DNA of 64,000 bases. It comes from the human T2T-CHM13v2.0 reference genome, Homo sapiens. The notes under the pieces were generated by a model. It did not search any database, had not been told where the DNA came from, and saw only the letters and a program-made list of their open reading frames with translations. Where the stretch lies: assembly GCF_009914755.1 (NCBI RefSeq), contig NC_060936.1; one strand, 5' to 3'. A program made the position numbers and the translations under genes. Shown here one piece after another: positions 60,915 to 64,000 of the stretch. Each line of letters opens with the position of its first letter. The stretch's first letter is position 1.

Positions 60915-61185
60915 AAAATATTAAGAAAAAAATTCTACAAAGTTCCAAAAAGCAAAACTTGAATTTGCAGCAAGCCAAGTACTATGTTGAATCATAATGA
61001 AGCGATGTGTAGGCATTGTATTCGCTCTTATAAGTAATCTAGAGATGGTTTTTAATGGAGGATGTGTGTAGGTTATATGCAAATACCACACCATTTTATA
61101 TGTAAAGGGAGACTTGAGCATCTGTAGATTTTGGAATTGCAGGGGGTCTTGGAACCAATCCCCTGTGGATACTGAGGGCTGACTG
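60915..61185 (+). mobile_element. MER2 (Tigger family), 5' end not evident
   Basis: aagttccaaaaagcaaaacttgaatttgc...ggaaccaatcccctgtggatactgagggctgactg followed by TA. Confidence 0.8.
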
Positions 61186-62081
61186 TATACACTCAGTAAA
61201 GCTGACTTTTCCTCTGGAGCAAGCTGCCTCATTATGTACGCACTGCCAGGGAGGTGTTCCATGCATAGTGTCAAAGGGCTCTCTGGTCAGTTTGCAGTCC
61301 AAATCTGACTATGTTAAGTCCATTTTATTAGTAAGCCAATGTTACATTTTTTTTTAAAACGCTCTGTCTCTGTGGATGAAAAGAACAGACTAGTGACTTA
61401 GAGTTGGAGGTGGGGCATCCAAATTGGCATTTAACCAGTGTGAGTCCTAGAGTAGTGCCAGCTGTGTGCCCACTGCTGGTACATTAGGGGCCAGCCATCA
61501 TATGTAAGAATACTCCCTGAGTCAGGGTTGCTCGGTCAGCAGCTTAGAATATAGGGGTTTAAAATCTGTTGTTTTAATAAAAATTGCACATCTAGAAAAA
61601 AGGAATGAGGAAGCTAGACTAAGTGTGGTAGAGGGAAGTCTTACATTTTTTCCCCGGAGGTTTAATAGCTATGAGTAAGATCTCATTAGAGATGCTGGCC
61701 CAGGCTTGTATAGCTTATGTTTTATGTCAAAAGTGGGAGAAAGGGGTCAAATATTATGAGGAGAACTATGTCCTTGGCTGTCACTTACTGACTGATGCAA
61801 TTTTTTACAAACCCTAGAACCTTCCTATTTTAAAAACTTAATTCCCACTGCATTCTCTTAGTGCTTTATAAATAACTTGGGAATGAGATGAACTCTAAAG
61901 GTACATAAAACTGCCCCAGATTAAGACAAAAATGTTTTCATTAAAGTAGGGAATCAGTTTTAAGTAGTTTGCAAACATGGGTGGAATTTTATAAGGAGTT
62001 TTATTTTGGGGGTGTGGGGGGACAGTGAGCTTAAAGTAAAAATGAAAAAGGATCTATCCTATCACTCAAGAAAAACCAGAC

Positions 62082-62330
<249 letters not shown>

Positions 62331-62638
62331 AGAGTCTGATGAAGAGCAAGAGAAAGATTGGGGTGGAAACTGAGTTAATGTTAGAGTATGCTTTTCCCTC
62401 GCTGGGAGGGAAGGCTTGTAAAGATGGGAGCGGAGAGAAAAGTGAGATTTTGCATAGGAGTTTTATCAGTGTAGATCAATGAGTTTTTCTGAAGGCATAT
62501 TTTGTCTCTTCTCGCTAAGACTAAGAAGAAAGAGCAATGAGTAATGGTACGGGGAGTGATGCACGTCGGCATTAGGGCTGGCTGCTCATGTCCATTCCAC
62601 TCACCACACTCTCTCTGGTACTCGGCGGGTGCCTAGCA

Positions 62639-62856
62639 CAGTATATTTTCTATTTATTCTAAGATGTATATTAAAAAAAAATTTTTCACATCTATGAAAT
62701 CAGAATGGACTTTTACAATAGCATCATAAAATGGCAGCATTTTTAAAAGTTACACAAAGTAATGATGCTTCTTGGAATCAGTGGTGTTTTCTTTTTATTT
62801 ATTTATTTATTTATTTTTTATTATCATCAGTGGTGTTTTCAATGAAATGAAAGTAT
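62639..62856. mobile_element. MER104-like Tc2 element, interrupted
   Basis: cagtatattttc...ttctaagatg...tgaaatcagaatg...ttacaat...atgaaatg resembles MER104. Confidence 0.5.
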
Positions 62857-62974
62857 ATATTCACTGAAGGCAACAATGAATTAATAGCTTAGGAATTGGG
62901 GCATTTATGAGAAGCTTGAATGAGTCACTAAGGAAAAGTCTGCAGGAAGTAATCACTTGTTTTTTTTTTTTGGT

Positions 62975-64000
62975 TTAAACCCTGTCTGGGGTTTATTAAG
63001 CGTTTAGAATCTGTATATTTATGTCTTTCACTAAATTTGGAGTTTCCTGCCATTATTTCCTCAAATAGTTTTTCTGAATATTCCCTTTCTCCTCTCCTTC
63101 CAGTAACCTCAATAATGTAAATATTAAACCTTGTGAAATTTTCCAACAGGCCACCAAAGCTCTGTTCATGTTCTTTCCCAAACCTTTCTTTCTGTTCTTC
63201 AGGCTGCATCATCTCCGTTGCTCTGACTTCAGGTTTATGGACTCTTTCCTGTGTCATCTCCATTCTGCTGTTGAGCCTATCCAGTGAATCTTTTATTTCA
63301 GATTTCATATTTTCTTGGTTAAAAATTTCCATTTGTTTCTTTTTTTATATATAGTTTCTGTGTCTCTGCTGAGGTTGTCACTGTCAGTATTCCCATGCAT
63401 TTTACCTTTACCTCGTGGAATATAGCTACAACAAGTTCTTTAAAGTCGTTGAGGGTTCCCAAACTAGCTTATCTTAGGGTTGACATCTGTTAATTGTCTT
63501 TTCCCTTAAGAAAGGGTCACATTTTCCCGTTTGGCTTTTGGTTTGGGGTATGTCAAGTAATTTTGAATTGTGTTCTGGACATTGTGGATGTTGTGTTTTA
63601 TACACTCTGGATCCTGTTATGTAATCCTCCAACGAATGATTTTTGTTTTGTTTTGCTTTTGAACAGGCAGTCACCCTGGTTAGGTTCAGACGGCAAGTTC
63701 TGTTTACCCTTTGTGGGTGGTGACTCCAATGTCAGTTTGCTTTCCAAAGCTGTTCAATTTCTATGCTGTTTTTGGTCTGCGCATGTGCCACATGGGTTGG
63801 CAGTGGTTCAGTCTTAGTTGAGCTCTTAAAGCCGTTGCCGTCCTGCTTTGAATCTGTCCCACATAGCCCAGGGATGAGCCTGGGATTTATGTGGGTTTAG
63901 ACACAGTATTATGGGATCCCTTTCTTGAGATTCCTCCTCTCTCAATCCTTACACTTTCCAGCCTTCAGGGACTCCTATCCCTTACAGTTCTCTGGTCAGA
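62975..64000 (-). mobile_element. L1M ORF1/5'UTR fragment
   Basis: Minus-strand ORF 62928-63332 (EIKDSLDRLNSRMEMTQERV...NIYIIEV...EKLFEEIMAGN) matches the L1 ORF1p coiled coil and RRM start. Confidence 0.85.

Overview
Primate (almost certainly human) genomic DNA lying entirely inside the FBXW8 gene (F-box/WD40 substrate receptor of the CUL7 E3 ligase) on the + strand. Four internal coding exons (13751-13908, 34260-34456, 37717-37923, 59384-59511) splice in frame and encode WD40 repeats. The rest is intron filled with about 20 Alus, old L1/L2/MIR fragments, MLT1 LTRs and Tigger/MER DNA transposons. Nearly all ORFs in the supplied track are spurious or repeat-derived. I see no convincing new multi-gene system. 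Best leads: (1) a 5'-inverted (twin-primed) L1 containing 8 copies of an ORF2 motif with a fixed start and variable ends, resembling a fossil of reiterative reverse transcription; (2) a 37-bp inverted repeat whose only mismatches are G-U wobbles in the transcribed strand; (3) a candidate poison exon with a perfect U1-complementary donor; (4) an orphan retrotransposon tail with a 15-bp TSD. Repeat subfamily names and exon numbers are from memory, and old-repeat boundaries are approximate.
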